This document shows, one piece after another, positions 9,681 to 21,723 of a stretch of 54,077 nt of DNA. The notes under the pieces are model-generated. The model was not told the origin of the DNA. It did not search any database and worked only from the letters and a program-made list of their open reading frames with translations. The stretch comes from Octopus bimaculoides. Its lineage: Eukaryota. The stretch is from assembly GCF_001194135.2 (NCBI RefSeq), contig NC_068983.1, positions 6,527,061 to 6,581,137 of the forward strand, read 5' to 3'. Position numbers and translations under genes: made by a program. Position 1 is the stretch's first letter. Every line of letters starts with the position of its first letter.

Positions 9681-10985
9681 TCAAACAAGAAAATACTTTT
9701 GAGAATCTAGAACGACTCTTCATGGTGATGCTATCGCTTTAACAGTGTAAACACTAACGAATATATTGGGGATAGAATTCCTATGAGAGGCAGCGAAACC
9801 CAGTATCATAAGCTTCTAAAGACAATGATGGAACACTCGTAAACCTATAATTAAAAGGAAATTTGACGTCTACATCACTGTGCCAGACGCAATCGACTAC
9901 GATAAAGTCATAAGATCGAAACGTGATGAGGGTTATCTTCCGTACTTACCGAAATAATTTTGTCATATTCTTTATTGACGTGTATTATTTAAGTCAAGTA
10001 GTTGTATGTTGTAATAACATACACACGAACATATTGTATTATTATTTTCACAGTTGTATGTTGTTAGCATTTTGACACTTCTTGCATGGAATATATCAAC
10101 ATTAAAACATAACTACAATGAATAGGGCTGATATTTCGTAAAAATAACTTTCTATTTAAATTGTTGAATAATATCTGTTCACTGTTTATTTCATATGTAT
10201 CGATAAGGATTTCTTGTGTCAAATTACAGACATTTGTATAAATCACCGATACCCTTTCAAGGTGATCGCATCTTTATAATATAGTCCAAACTGCATCGTA
10301 ACGGCTAAGCCTCTTTTTCAAAGTGACAAAAAAAGAAGCTTCATATTTGAATACCTACCGAGGCTTCTGCAAAAGTCTAATGCTACTAATATCATGAACT
10401 GTACAATTAACTACTACTCATAAAAATATGCTAGACTACCAGAAAAAAATAACAAAAAAGACCAGAAATAAATCTATAATTAGTAAACTTTTATTTACGA
10501 AGATACCACAACGTTCAGCTCTGAGAACGAGTCCGTATGTTTCACTAAAATCTCAAAGGAGTGTCATGGAAAAAATTATAGAAAAAAAAAAAGACAAATG
10601 CTTAATGACCGTGATTTAGAAATACTTTACCTTACGATTCCATTTTAGATTATATCTCATTCAAGTCTCTTCTCTTACGCAACTAAAGAGAACAATGTGT
10701 ACAAAAACGAATTTATGTCTATCAAACTAAACAAACACAGAGAGACCAATTCATGCTTTGACACGTCCTAATATCCATTAAAAGCTTTAATAAATCAAAC
10801 ATTGGCTTGCTTTAAGACTCGGGGCGGCCATTTTTTCCTTTTGAATTTTTTCGCTATTCGTCTCTAATATTTGATTATGTTTCAATAATCAGTGACGTCC
10901 GATCATGTTCACATGTAAGCTGCAAGTCTTCGCCTTATTTACAGACGATACTTCAAGATGGATTTGTCATTATTTATCATGACAA

Positions 10986-11043
<58 letters not shown>

Positions 11044-11335
11044 TTATCTACCTATCNNNNNNNNNNATATATATATATATATATATATATATAGCATACC
11101 TATATTTATTTAAATAGTGAGAGAGAGAGGGAGTATTTTGTGTGTGTTGTGGTTGATATGCGTAAACATTAAAGTGCTCGATATAGGCTTACAAGCGACG
11201 AGTTTTTGATCTGTCCCCTTTGCCACATCAATGAAGAACTGATAATATCTACACGAATACTTATATGAAACCATGTTATGGATTTAATTATATGATGCCG
11301 TCCCTATGTACCTGGACAAAATCTCTCCCCCCCCA

Positions 11336-11384
<49 letters not shown>

Positions 11385-12045
11385 TTGTCTAACACGTAGG
11401 GGTGAAATAATCGAGTGGTTAGGATAGTGGAAAAGACGTTCAAGTGTTATGACTTTAAAATTTGTTGATGAAATACACATATTATGTTTGTGAACAGAAC
11501 ACTTTACACGGCATTTTCCCTATTCAATTAGATGCCAAAAGGGTAACAGGTAACAGATCAATCTCTGATAAGTCTCGGACCATGGTTCACCAATCATCTC
11601 GGTGTCTTCTACCTTTGAAACCAGATTCTGATTTTGGTTACAGATTAAATATGCTAACTTGTATGTACACAGCCTACGTACATACATACATACATACATA
11701 CATAAGTGAAAGACTCTAGTGCAAGAGTACAATAGGTAAGCACTGAGTAAGTACCCTAAGTGGTCAAATTCTGAAATTCCAACCTTCTAATAAGGCTAAG
11801 TTAGACCAGCAAAAGTAAGAATTGGCTGTAAGAAACACAGAGCTTACACGAGTTATAAAGAGAAAAGATAGACAGCGAATGGTAGAAATTCATTTGTATA
11901 AGGTGTTACATAAATATATAACAGGATGAAGATAGTCTTTACTGCTGTTTCACACACTCGGTAAATATTTGATGTTATAATACATATTATACAACCAGGT
12001 GTGTATAATGTGGCAATATAGCACTCAGCACATCAACAAAAATAT

Positions 12046-12192
12046 AAAAATATTATCAACTCGCATGAAACTTGAGACACGAGTATCTTCAAGCAGTATC
12101 TCCGAACATTTTCTTCATAAGGATAACGGCAAGTGAGATTCCAGCTTTAAGATACTCGTGTATCAAACTTCATATAAATTAGTAATATTTTT
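12046..12192. repeat. Decayed inverted repeat (about 49-bp arms), probable MITE remnant
   Basis: GAAACTTGAGACACGAGTATCTTCAAGC (within 12046-12094) vs the reverse complement of GCTTTAAGATACTCGTGTATCAAACTTC (within 12144-12192). Confidence 0.6.
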
Positions 12193-12626
12193 GCTTATTT
12201 GCTGTGTGTAATATTAGCTCATTCTTAAGCTTCTTTCCTTGATATGCGTTGTAACACCAACCAATCGCTACATCTCTGAAACGGCTGTAAAGATATAACT
12301 TCATCCTCTTATCGGTATATGTCCAATTCTGTATAAATGATTTTTCTGCCTTCGATAATTGTCTATCTTTTCTCTTCCGTACGCACGCGCGCGCTTGAAC
12401 CTATTGACGAAAGCGAAAAATATACTTGATGCATTAAGTTATTTTTGTCATCGATCCCAATACTTGATAGGTATTTTACTTGATCGACTCCGAAAGAATA
12501 AAAGCAAAGTTTACAACGTCAGGAATCGATCTTTGAACTTAATCAGCCAAAACGAAAAGCATTTGCTTTTCGCCGTTCTAACGATTTTGACAGCTCGGCA
12601 CAGTAAGAATAATAATTTTCGATTAT

Positions 12627-12873
12627 AGGCACAAGGCCTGAAATTTTGGGTGAACTGTACTTCTTTCGATAATGAACTGTACTTCTTTCGATAATGAACT
12701 GTACTTCTTTCGATAATGAACTGTACTTCTTTCGATAATGAACTGTACTTCTTTCGAAAATGAACTGTACTTCTATCATCGATGAAAGACAAAGACGGCC
12801 TCGGCTGCATTTGAACTTGAAATGACGCTAACCATTTTGCCCAGCGTGCTAACGATTCTGCCAGCTCGCCGCC
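12627..12873 (-). mobile_element. SINE family A whose centre is occupied by a 22-bp minisatellite
   Basis: SINE tail (AGGCACAAGGCCTGAAATTTTGGG) and head (TTCTGCCAGCTCGCCGCC) flank the array. Confidence 0.8.
12651..12775. repeat. Minisatellite (TGAACTGTACTTCTTTCGATAA), about 5.7 copies
   Basis: Units start at 12651, 12673, 12695, 12717, 12739 and 12761 (partial). Confidence 0.95.
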
Positions 12874-13077
12874 GTTACTATAACAAACAATGTTACGGCT
12901 ACAAAAGAAACAAAACTCCACGTGTAACAACAACAACAACAACAACAGTTGCAACAAAGACTATTAAGGCGCTCAACAGTTAGAACAGCATCAATACCAT
13001 GAAGGAAATATAATTGTCACAATAAGAGTATTACTAGTACTAATACTAACTAGCAAACATTAAAATAAATATTAACG

Positions 13078-13430
13078 GGATCTATTTCAAAACGGGGGCA
13101 CCAGTTTTCATTTATGTTTTATGTAGTGTTTTTGGTACCGAAAGACTTTCAAACTTCGTATACTTATCTATTTTGTGTTATAGAACAGAAAAAAAAATTT
13201 GTATTCGAATTTATTTCATGTAAAAAATTATCTTATTTCGATAATTTCTACTAATCACTGACGTCTATTCAGTTGAAAACAGTTAGTGCTGTAACGGTGT
13301 ATATCGTATTAATCCCCTAACCCTAACCCTAACTAGACTGTTAACCCTAACCCTAAAACTAACCCTAACTCTAGAATCCGAACTCTAAAATTGTTACACA
13401 CATAGATACGCACAGCGTAATTTATTATAT
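13078..13430. mobile_element. GGATC-family MITE, left part, with CCCTAA repeats; right end lost in gap
   Basis: The first ~190 bp align to 45868, 52571 and 16415. CCCTAA-like array at about 13315-13372. Confidence 0.8.
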
Positions 13431-14003
13431 NNNNNNNNNNNNNNNNNNNNNNNNNNNNNNNNNNNNNNNNNNNNNNNNNNNNNNNNNNNNNNNNNNNNNN
13501 NNNNNNNNNNNNNNNNNNNNNNNNNNNNNNNNNNNNNNNNNNNNNNNNNNNNNNNNNNNNNNNNNNNNNNNNNNNNNNNNNNNNNNNNNNNNNNNNNNNN
13601 NNNNNNNNNNNNNNNNNNNNNNNNNNNNNNNNNNNNNNNNNNNNNNNNNNNNNNNNNNNNNNNNNNNNNNNNNNNNNNNNNNNNNNNNNNNNNNNNNNNN
13701 NNNNNNNNNNNNNNNNNNNNNNNNNNNNNNNNNNNNNNNNNNNNNNNNNNNNNNNNNNNNNNNNNNNNNNNNNNNNNNNNNNNNNNNNNNNNNNNNNNNN
13801 NNNNNNNNNNNNNNNNNNNNNNNNNNNNNNNNNNNNNNNNNNNNNNNNNNNNNNNNNNNNNNNNNNNNNNNNNNNTATATATGTATATATATGAATGTAT
13901 GTATGTATGTGTCAATATATGTATGAATGTATGTATGTATGTGTCAATATATGTATGAATGTATGTATGTATGTGTCAATATATGTATATATGAATGTAT
14001 GTA

Positions 14004-14044
<41 letters not shown>

Positions 14045-15609
14045 CTCTGTGTGCGTATATACATATATGTATATATGTATATATACATATATGTATATAT
14101 ATATATATATATATATACATATTTATGTATGTATGCATATGTGTATATATTTATGGGTATATAAATATGAATACAAACATACATGGATATATATGTGTAT
14201 ATTTAAAGGTGTGTGGATAGGTAGATCGATAGATAGATATGAATATGTGTGTATATATACTATAGGTTTTGTTGTGTTGTAACGAGCTCTTTTCTCTCAA
14301 ACCATCGTCGCTGTTCTTACAACAACGGGGACAGCAATACAACGAAACCTACAGTAAAAGTATCTAAAACAAATAAACAAAATAAATGTTAACCGTCAAA
14401 AGAATATATTGTCGAAGAACAAGAGCAACTGCGGGAACAATAATAGTTTGAGAGAACACAGACAGCTTACTAGAACTTCGATGATAATAAAAACCGCTTG
14501 GACAGTACATAACATCGACCACAATAACTATTATTAAACCAACTACTCACAACAGTAACTTCAAAGACAACAACAAAAACGAGAATGATAGCCCGCAACT
14601 AAAATACAAATGATAATTGATCCGGAGACGGTAAAAAGAAATAGTGTTTTGTACATAATATTATTAGGGTAGTCTAGGAAAATTTTTGTTGAAGTTAGCA
14701 TTTGAGCTTAAATATATGCATGTATTTCGCGCGTCTGAACGGGAATCGATCTTCGGTGTCTTTGATCTGCTATATACTTTACGTTGCATCTGTGTCAATT
14801 CGATACCAGCTGCTAATCCTTTTTGTTTCACTAACACTTTTTATATTTGGAAAAGAGAAAAAAATAAATAAATTTGAGATTATCAATTCAAATAGGTATT
14901 TTTTTTTGTTTTTCGTTACTTTTATTTATTTTATTTTATTTAGTTATTTATTTATTTAGTTATTTTTTTGGTTATGTTGAATCACGATATCCTGTTATGA
15001 TACGTTACTTTATTTTCATAGACATATAATAACATGTATGGACAAGTGTTACGAAACAAAGCAAACAAAAAAACGGAGATCAGTGCACGCTAATGATAAC
15101 ACACATCCCGTAAAGTGCAATATCTTAGTAAAAAGCTAAATTCGACTGTACATGAAACTAAAAAGCCTTAGGACTCATGAAGCTGGTTACCCGATTCCCA
15201 TGGCGTACAAGTGACCGAGATCATAACGTTCCCCACGAAGCCGGACACCAGTCTGGCGCAGGGCTATTCCTTTACAGTTGAGTGGACTGGAACAATGTCT
15301 GCTCCAAAACGCGCTGCATCGCCGGGTTTGATATTCAAAACCACAATCTTGCGATCTTCTGTGCAGCACTCCAATCTCTAGAACTCCTGGATTAGTTTCC
15401 GATTGTGTCATGCCTTCATCCAAACTCTGTCACCTGTAAAACTCAGGTGTCCTTACAACTTCTGATAGAAAAGAAATTAATAATCATGAACCATTGGGTC
15501 TCAACAAGGGAACGTCTGACCCCTATTTCAGTAGCGTAAAGCGATTGGGAATATATTTTGCAGTATGGTAGGCGCTGCATAGTGGAATACGATTTTGAAA
15601 GTGTAATAA

Positions 15610-15813
15610 TCTTTTCTACTCTAGGCAAAAGGCCCGAAATTTTGGGGGAGGGGCCAGTCGATTAGATCGACCCCAGTACGCAATTAAAACTTAATTTGTT
15701 GACCCTGGGAGGATGAGAGGCAAAGTCGACCTCGGCGGAATTTGAACTCAGAACGTAAAGACAGACGAAATATCGCTAAGCATTTCGCCCGGCGTGCTAA
15801 CATTTCTGCCAGC
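15610..15813 (-). mobile_element. SINE family A
   Basis: Reverse complement of the consensus motifs (GAACTCAGAACG, GTCGACCTCGGCGG). Confidence 0.85.
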
Positions 15814-15833
15814 CTATAAAAATATAATAATAA

Positions 15834-16180
15834 TAACAAGAGCACTCAGAGAACGCAAACCTCCGTCAAGGCAACACCAATGTCCTCTAAACGAGTAGCC
15901 GAAGATGATTTTTTTAAATGAGAATATCTGAAATAAACGCGGTTGCTCCCACAAACGAGAATACTAAAAATGAATCCGACCGTTCTCATAAATTAAGTAA
16001 AATAAACGGAAAAATAATCCAGAATCCTTATCACAATACCGGGTCGATCCCCAAATCTAATCAGTTCGTGCCAGTCACGAGGCCAAACACCCCTGAAAGT
16101 TTCATCCGATATCTTGTGCACGAACAAACAAACAAACACGACTGAAAACAACACCCCCGCCTTATCTAAGGCGGAGATAA
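15834..16180 (+). mobile_element. Helentron-associated non-autonomous element (HINE / DINE-1-like)
   Basis: Starts TAACAAGAG. Subterminal CCTCCGTC(AAGG) near the 5' end is inverted relative to the 3' GGCGGAG. Short (AAAC)n, then a terminal hairpin CCGCCTTA-TC-TAAGGCGG at 16157-16174. No terminal TIR. Confidence 0.6.
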
Positions 16181-16414
16181 TAATTGATTTTATACTTATC
16201 AAAGATCCGTCCACACGATCAGACAATGCCAGGCAGGCACACATTAAATGCTTGAATTTATCGTGTACCCACCAGTTACTGCCAATGGTATACAAACAGT
16301 ACGGCAGTATTGCTACTGCAGAGTTTTAAAAAGGAACTATTTTTTATTCACCAAGTAATTTTATTTATATTGTTCTTCTTATTTATATCAGCACTATAGG
16401 TTAAATCTAATGTT

Positions 16415-16633
16415 GGATCTTTCTGAATTGACGAGCGCCACTTTTTATTTATGTTTCATTTAGTTTGCTTTCTACCGAAACACTTTCAAACTTCGTATAC
16501 TTGTATATTTTGTATTATAGAACAGATAAAAAAAAATTTGTATTCGAAGTTATTTCATGTAAAAAAAATTGTCGTATTTCGGTAATTTCAACCAATCACT
16601 GACGTCTATTGAGGTGAAAATTCAGAAAGATCC
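16415..16633. mobile_element. GGATC-family MITE, short 219-bp derivative with 8-bp TSD
   Basis: TIR GGATCTTTCTGAATT / AATTCAGAAAGATCC. CTAATGTT is duplicated at 16407-16414 and 16634-16641. Interior is homologous to 45868. Confidence 0.85.
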
Positions 16634-16675
16634 CTAATGTTTTATAGAATAGATAATATTTGCATTCGTTAAGTA

Positions 16676-16975
16676 ATGAAATTAACAGGAATATCATGGC
16701 ATGGAGATATTCGAAATGAAGTAATTCGAGAACGAAGTGGAGAAGTGAACGAGATGATCACAGAATACCAAAAATACAAGTTTCGCTGGACCGCACATGT
16801 CACGTGGTTCACAAGTGGACCAATGCCGTTACCGAGTGATATCCAAGTGATCAGAAAAGGCCACTCGAAAGACCTCCTCAACGATAGGAAAATGATTTAG
16901 TTACACGATTTGGTACAAATGGAAAAAGTAGGACGCAATCAGAAAAGAATTGGAAGCGCATTGTGATTATTGACA
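16676..16975 (+). pseudogene. RTE-clade LINE ORF 3' fragment (C-terminal of RT), frameshifted
   Basis: GISWHGDIRNEVIRERSG...KFRWTAHV, then after a frameshift KWTNAVTE*YPSDQKRPLERPPQR*ENDL. Matches the RTE C-terminal pattern (IRNEEIR..W.GHV..R..GRP..RW). Confidence 0.8.
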
Positions 16976-17256
16976 GTATGGTTGATACGGTGCTACAGTG
17001 AAATATAATTAACATCGTAGTGTGGATGATGGATACCCCGTTTATTGAATCTGCTACCCAGATTTGGTTTCTGGGTCCCATATTTTTATCTGATTTCACT
17101 TGAACATTTAATGCCATTGAGAAAAAATATCAATATCACAACCTCCATTTTGTTAAACGTTGCAGAAGGCATAATTGATCACTTGTGGATGGATCATAAA
17201 AGTTCGAACAATTGAATTCATTTATTGCGCCGGTGCGTGGGATAATTATTATCCTT

Positions 17257-17306
<50 letters not shown>

Positions 17307-19039
17307 CGCACGCGCGCCAGTGAGTGAGCATAAATATGTGTGTATGCCAGTGACTATGTAAATATGTGTGTGTGTACCTACTGACGCAGTGAAAATTAAG
17401 CCAGTTCAATTCAACTCCATCCAACCGATTAGACATCATTTCATTAAGAAAAAAAACCCATCGTCACTACCGTCTGTCGTCAATCGTCGTTCATCATGTG
17501 TGGTCCACCAATGAAGCTATTCGACTACTTAATGTGTTAACACACAATAACAAAAGCCAAGAGATCAAATCGAGCAATAAGCACTTATTTTCGGGGTTTT
17601 TTTTCCTTTTCGGTAGTTGATCTTTTGTTTTCTGAAAAGGGTATTTTATTTATATTTTATTTGTTCAAGATCATTTGGTTTTTTTTTTTCAATTTCATTT
17701 ATTATTATTATTATTATTATTATTCTTATTATTATTATTATTATTATTATTTTGTTTATTTATATGTGATGGCTGACTGGGCTGTTCACGTTCACCTCTC
17801 GTTTAACTTACACCCGTAATGCTGACCACCCACAATCCTCAGTCACATTCTCGATTAAACGACATGTAACTACCACCATTACTAATACCGCCACCACCAC
17901 TGCAACCAAAGGGAAACTACTACCTTCTTTGGATGATACAAATGAGATTTCCTCTGAGCGATCTTTCGAGCTGATGGAAACAGCTGCCGCATAATGTCCA
18001 TCAGCCCATATCAAGCAGTCTTTTACAAACGAAGATATACCGTGCAGTGAGTTTGGATTTATCAAATGACGATATGGTCACAGTTGGAACGCCTCTGGGC
18101 TTAGGTTAGCTCTTACTCAATCAGAGGAGGACCTAAGATTAAACTACTACTACTACTACTACCACAATCATACATGTACGTGTGAGTGTGTGATCCATAA
18201 CAGTGAGTTAAACAGAATGGAAGGGATTAACCACCTACTAGTAAATAAATAAGTTGTATTTAACCGATTAACACCTTATTGTGACTAATACTATTAATTA
18301 GTATTACAAACACAACTATTATAAATTATTATGTTTAATATAAAACCTTATTGTATCTAAACCACTTCTCCGATTAATACCTATTGGCGTATCCCACTAT
18401 TTTTTCCCATCCTACCTCCCCACTGTGCAAAGGATTAATCCATCAGTTGCTATTTAGTTTTAGTCTTTTACTTAACGGCCCTAAGTGACGCACAAGCAAA
18501 CTGGTATGATTACAACCATATTCAGCTTTACCCTTTTTTCTTCTCTATGCCCTTCTTTATTTATTCTTCACTCTTATGAAGCTCCTTGTTTCAGATCGGT
18601 TTTTATTACCAAATATTATTAAAAGTTTTACATATTTTGAATATCAACGGCAATCCCATAAAACATTGGAAGCAGAAACAGCTGTTAGATGGGATGCAGT
18701 CTATTAGCATTGAATTAACAAATAATAATTGATGTAAGTCAATTGTTGTTAATCAGTACTTCTCCATTTTCTGTTTCCTTTAAATTATATATATATAGAC
18801 CCACATAATTTTAAGCTCGCCCACACATACATTCACACGCGTTCGCCCCTATTCATACATACTCACACACACCATTCTTATATACACACACGCGCTTGCG
18901 GACCCTAATTCAACCGTGTTACCATTATTATCTCCCTTTCACTCTTTCTTCATGTGATTTCATCATGTTGAACCGTTATTCCCTACACATATTTTCTCTG
19001 TTTTTTTTTTCCTTCTCTCTCTCCACTTTTTTTCCTTTA

Positions 19040-19173
19040 CAACTTTTCTGTCGAAGAGCGTAGGCTCGAAACGTCAAACACTTTTCCATTCTTCCCGAGC
19101 GTCAAACTAATACACCTGCTTGTTGTTCCCTCACCAGTCTTCGTCTTTTGTTTTCTGTAAATTTGAACTATAT
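19040..19173 (+). mobile_element. Short dispersed repeat ending in (TA), possibly a Penelope-like terminus
   Basis: GAAGAGCGTAGGCTCGAAACGTCAA..TTCCCGAGCGTCAAACTAATACAC. A diverged reverse copy lies at about 36420-36545. Confidence 0.4.
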
Positions 19174-20621
19174 NNNNNNNNNNNNNNNNNNNNNNNNNNN
19201 NNNNNNNNNNNNNNNNNNNNNNNNNNNNNNNNNNNNNNNNNNNNNNNNNNNNNNNNNNNNNNNNNNNNNNNNNNNNNNNNNNNNNNNNNNNNNNNNNNNN
19301 NNNNNNNNNNNNNNNNNNNNNNNNNNNNNNNNNNNNNNNNNNNNNNNNNNNNNNNNNNNNNNNNNNNNNNNNNNNNNNNNNNNNNNNNNNNNNNNNNNNN
19401 NNNNNNNNNNNNNNNNNNNNNNNNNNNNNNNNNNNNNNNNNNNNNNNNNNNNNNNNNNNNNNNNNNNNNNNNNNNNNNNNNNNNNNNNNNNNNNNNNNNN
19501 NNNNNNNNNNNNNNNNNNNNNNNNNNNNNNNNNNNNNNNNNNNNNNNNNNNNNNNNNNNNNNNNNNNNNNNNNNNNNNNNNNNNNNNNNNNNNNNNNNNN
19601 NNNNNNNNNNNNNNNNNNNNNATATATATATATGGATGGTCCCTTTCTCCCTGTAATGGTAGTAGCGGCACGCTTCGTGCAATTCATGAAAGGTGTTGAA
19701 AGTTTGTTTGGATCGTTTAATGAGTATTGTCTTCTCAATCTGAATGTTCTCAATATTTCGGTATGTGGTTCTGTTGGTAGCTGCATTGTTCTGACGGCAA
19801 CACTTATTCTAAAAGAGCTTTTTGACCAATGACGAATATTCAATAATTTCAGACATGAAAATGTTGAACAACTGCGCAAATCACACTGGATAATGCAGCT
19901 ACAGCGATCGTCCTTCGTAACATGTAAAATACAACCCCTTTATTTGCGTACACATAGTATGTACCTCAACATCTAGAAAGGAACATTGAAAAGGAGTTTT
20001 ACGTTCACCTTTTCCCCTATCATCAAAGGCTATTCGCTCGAAAAATCAAGATTATTAAACGTTTTCAAGGCAACACTTTAATGTTTTGATTTTAGGTTTA
20101 ATCTTTTCCCAATCACGCTGCTGTGATCCATTAAATCTCCATTTTTGCATTCTGAAATTCCTTAAGAATTTGTGTGTGGGGGGGGGAGGTTGTTTGCGTG
20201 AAGTCAGTACGCAGTTGATTTCTCTGGGGGTGTCGCTCACCTCAACAAAGAAATTTGCAAGTTTAAAACTAATTTCGTTCAATGTAATCAATTCATTGCT
20301 CATCAGTTTGTTCGACGCTCTGGCTAGTATGAATCCATATTGTGTTTGTGATGTGCTGTTTGACTCACATTACTCTTTCCGAAACCAGCCGATAACGTTG
20401 TGCAGCAAGTAACCATAGAAACAGGCACTTAACAGGTGTAGGCATTTCACCTGTGTCTGATTTGTGCGATTTTCTAAGCTGTTTTATCTCTACACCATAT
20501 TTACCACGTAGACGAATATCACAGCTCCTTATATTTCTTATAACTAATTTTGTGATTATGTGTCTCGGATTAGACCAGTTAGAATGAATTTAACGTATTT
20601 AACATTTGTATGTCTAATATC

Positions 20622-20673
<52 letters not shown>

Positions 20674-21676
20674 GTGTGTGAGAGAGAGAGAAAGAGACAA
20701 AGAAAGAGAGGTTTATGTATAAATGTACAGCACATATATGCGCATGTATATATCTATATATATATATATGTGCGTATGTATATATAAAAAATGTATATAT
20801 GAGCGTGTATGTGTCTGTATGAATGTTTATGTATATGTACGTATATATGTATGAATATATGTATTGTGTGTGTATATATTGCAATATATATATATATATA
20901 TATAGATAGATAACTAGATAGATGTAGTCGTGTGTACACATATATATGTATGTATATATATATATATGTATGTATATATATATATATATATATATAAGCA
21001 GCTATATATATGTATGTATATATATATATATGTATGTATATATATATATATATATATATAAGCAGCTATATATATGTATGCGTAAATATATATATTATGT
21101 TTGTGTGAGTGTAACTATATATATATATATTACGTCCTGTATGTATATACATTCATACGTATATATCTATGCTTGTATCAATTATACATACGTACGTCGA
21201 AATGATAGACAGGTAGGTAGCTAGGCACGTATGTACACACAAATATGTTTCCTCCTTTTATGTCTTTCGATTAGTGAAGAGACACCAATCTTCCAGACCG
21301 CTGAGCTTATAAACCTTAGAACTCCACTCTACCGTCAAGAAAAATATTAGATTGAAAAATAAAGTAAATAGGAGGGAAAAGAAATACTGTAAAGGCAATA
21401 CGTGTATACTGATAAATCATGATTATTGACAGTTTCTTGTTGTTGTTGGTGGTGGTGGTGGTGGTGGGGCGGCGTGTAGTGTTATAGGAACGAATTATTT
21501 GCGGTATTTGGATGTGTACTCTTACGTTCTGAGTTCAAATCCCGCCGATTTTGTCTTTGTATTTTATTATTCGGAAGTCAATGGAATCGAGATTTCTCGC
21601 TTCTAAAAAGAACAGAAAGAAAAGTTTCTTGCTTTGAACTTATGTCAGAAAATTAGCAGAAACATTAATCCGTTGT

Positions 21677-21723
21677 GTGTAATAATATACATATGGAAAA
21701 TACTGGAAGGACTGGTGCCAAAC
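21677..21723 (+). mobile_element. CR1/L2-group LINE fragment abutting a gap
   Basis: IIYIWKILEGLVPN, nearly identical to the peptide at about 31705-31750 (IIYI*KNLEGLVPN). Confidence 0.75.

Noticed and set aside
12651-12775. Regular short repeats resembling a CRISPR array
   Set aside because: No spacers (contiguous tandem units), eukaryotic context and no cas genes.
12511-12957. 148-aa minus ORF with repeated RSTVHYRKKYSSLSKEVQF
   Set aside because: Translation of the 22-bp minisatellite inside a SINE.
17808-18065. ORF with a hydrophobic, TM-like stretch (PLVAVVVAVLVMVVV) and an internal MDIMRQLFPSARKIAQRKSHLYHPKK frame
   Set aside because: The hydrophobic run comes from a (GGT)-type repeat. 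No convincing splice sites or family motif.
19050-19085. Hammerhead-like fragment UCGAAGA-GCGUAGGCUC-GAAAC
   Set aside because: The core has C instead of U4, and no stem I or NUH site can be formed. At most a degenerate relic.
20243-20312. Minus-strand CUGAUGA..C-GAAA with a plausible stem II and AACAAA/UUUGUU stem I
   Set aside because: Stem III cannot pair in register with an NUH site (U-U mismatches). Treated as a chance near-match.
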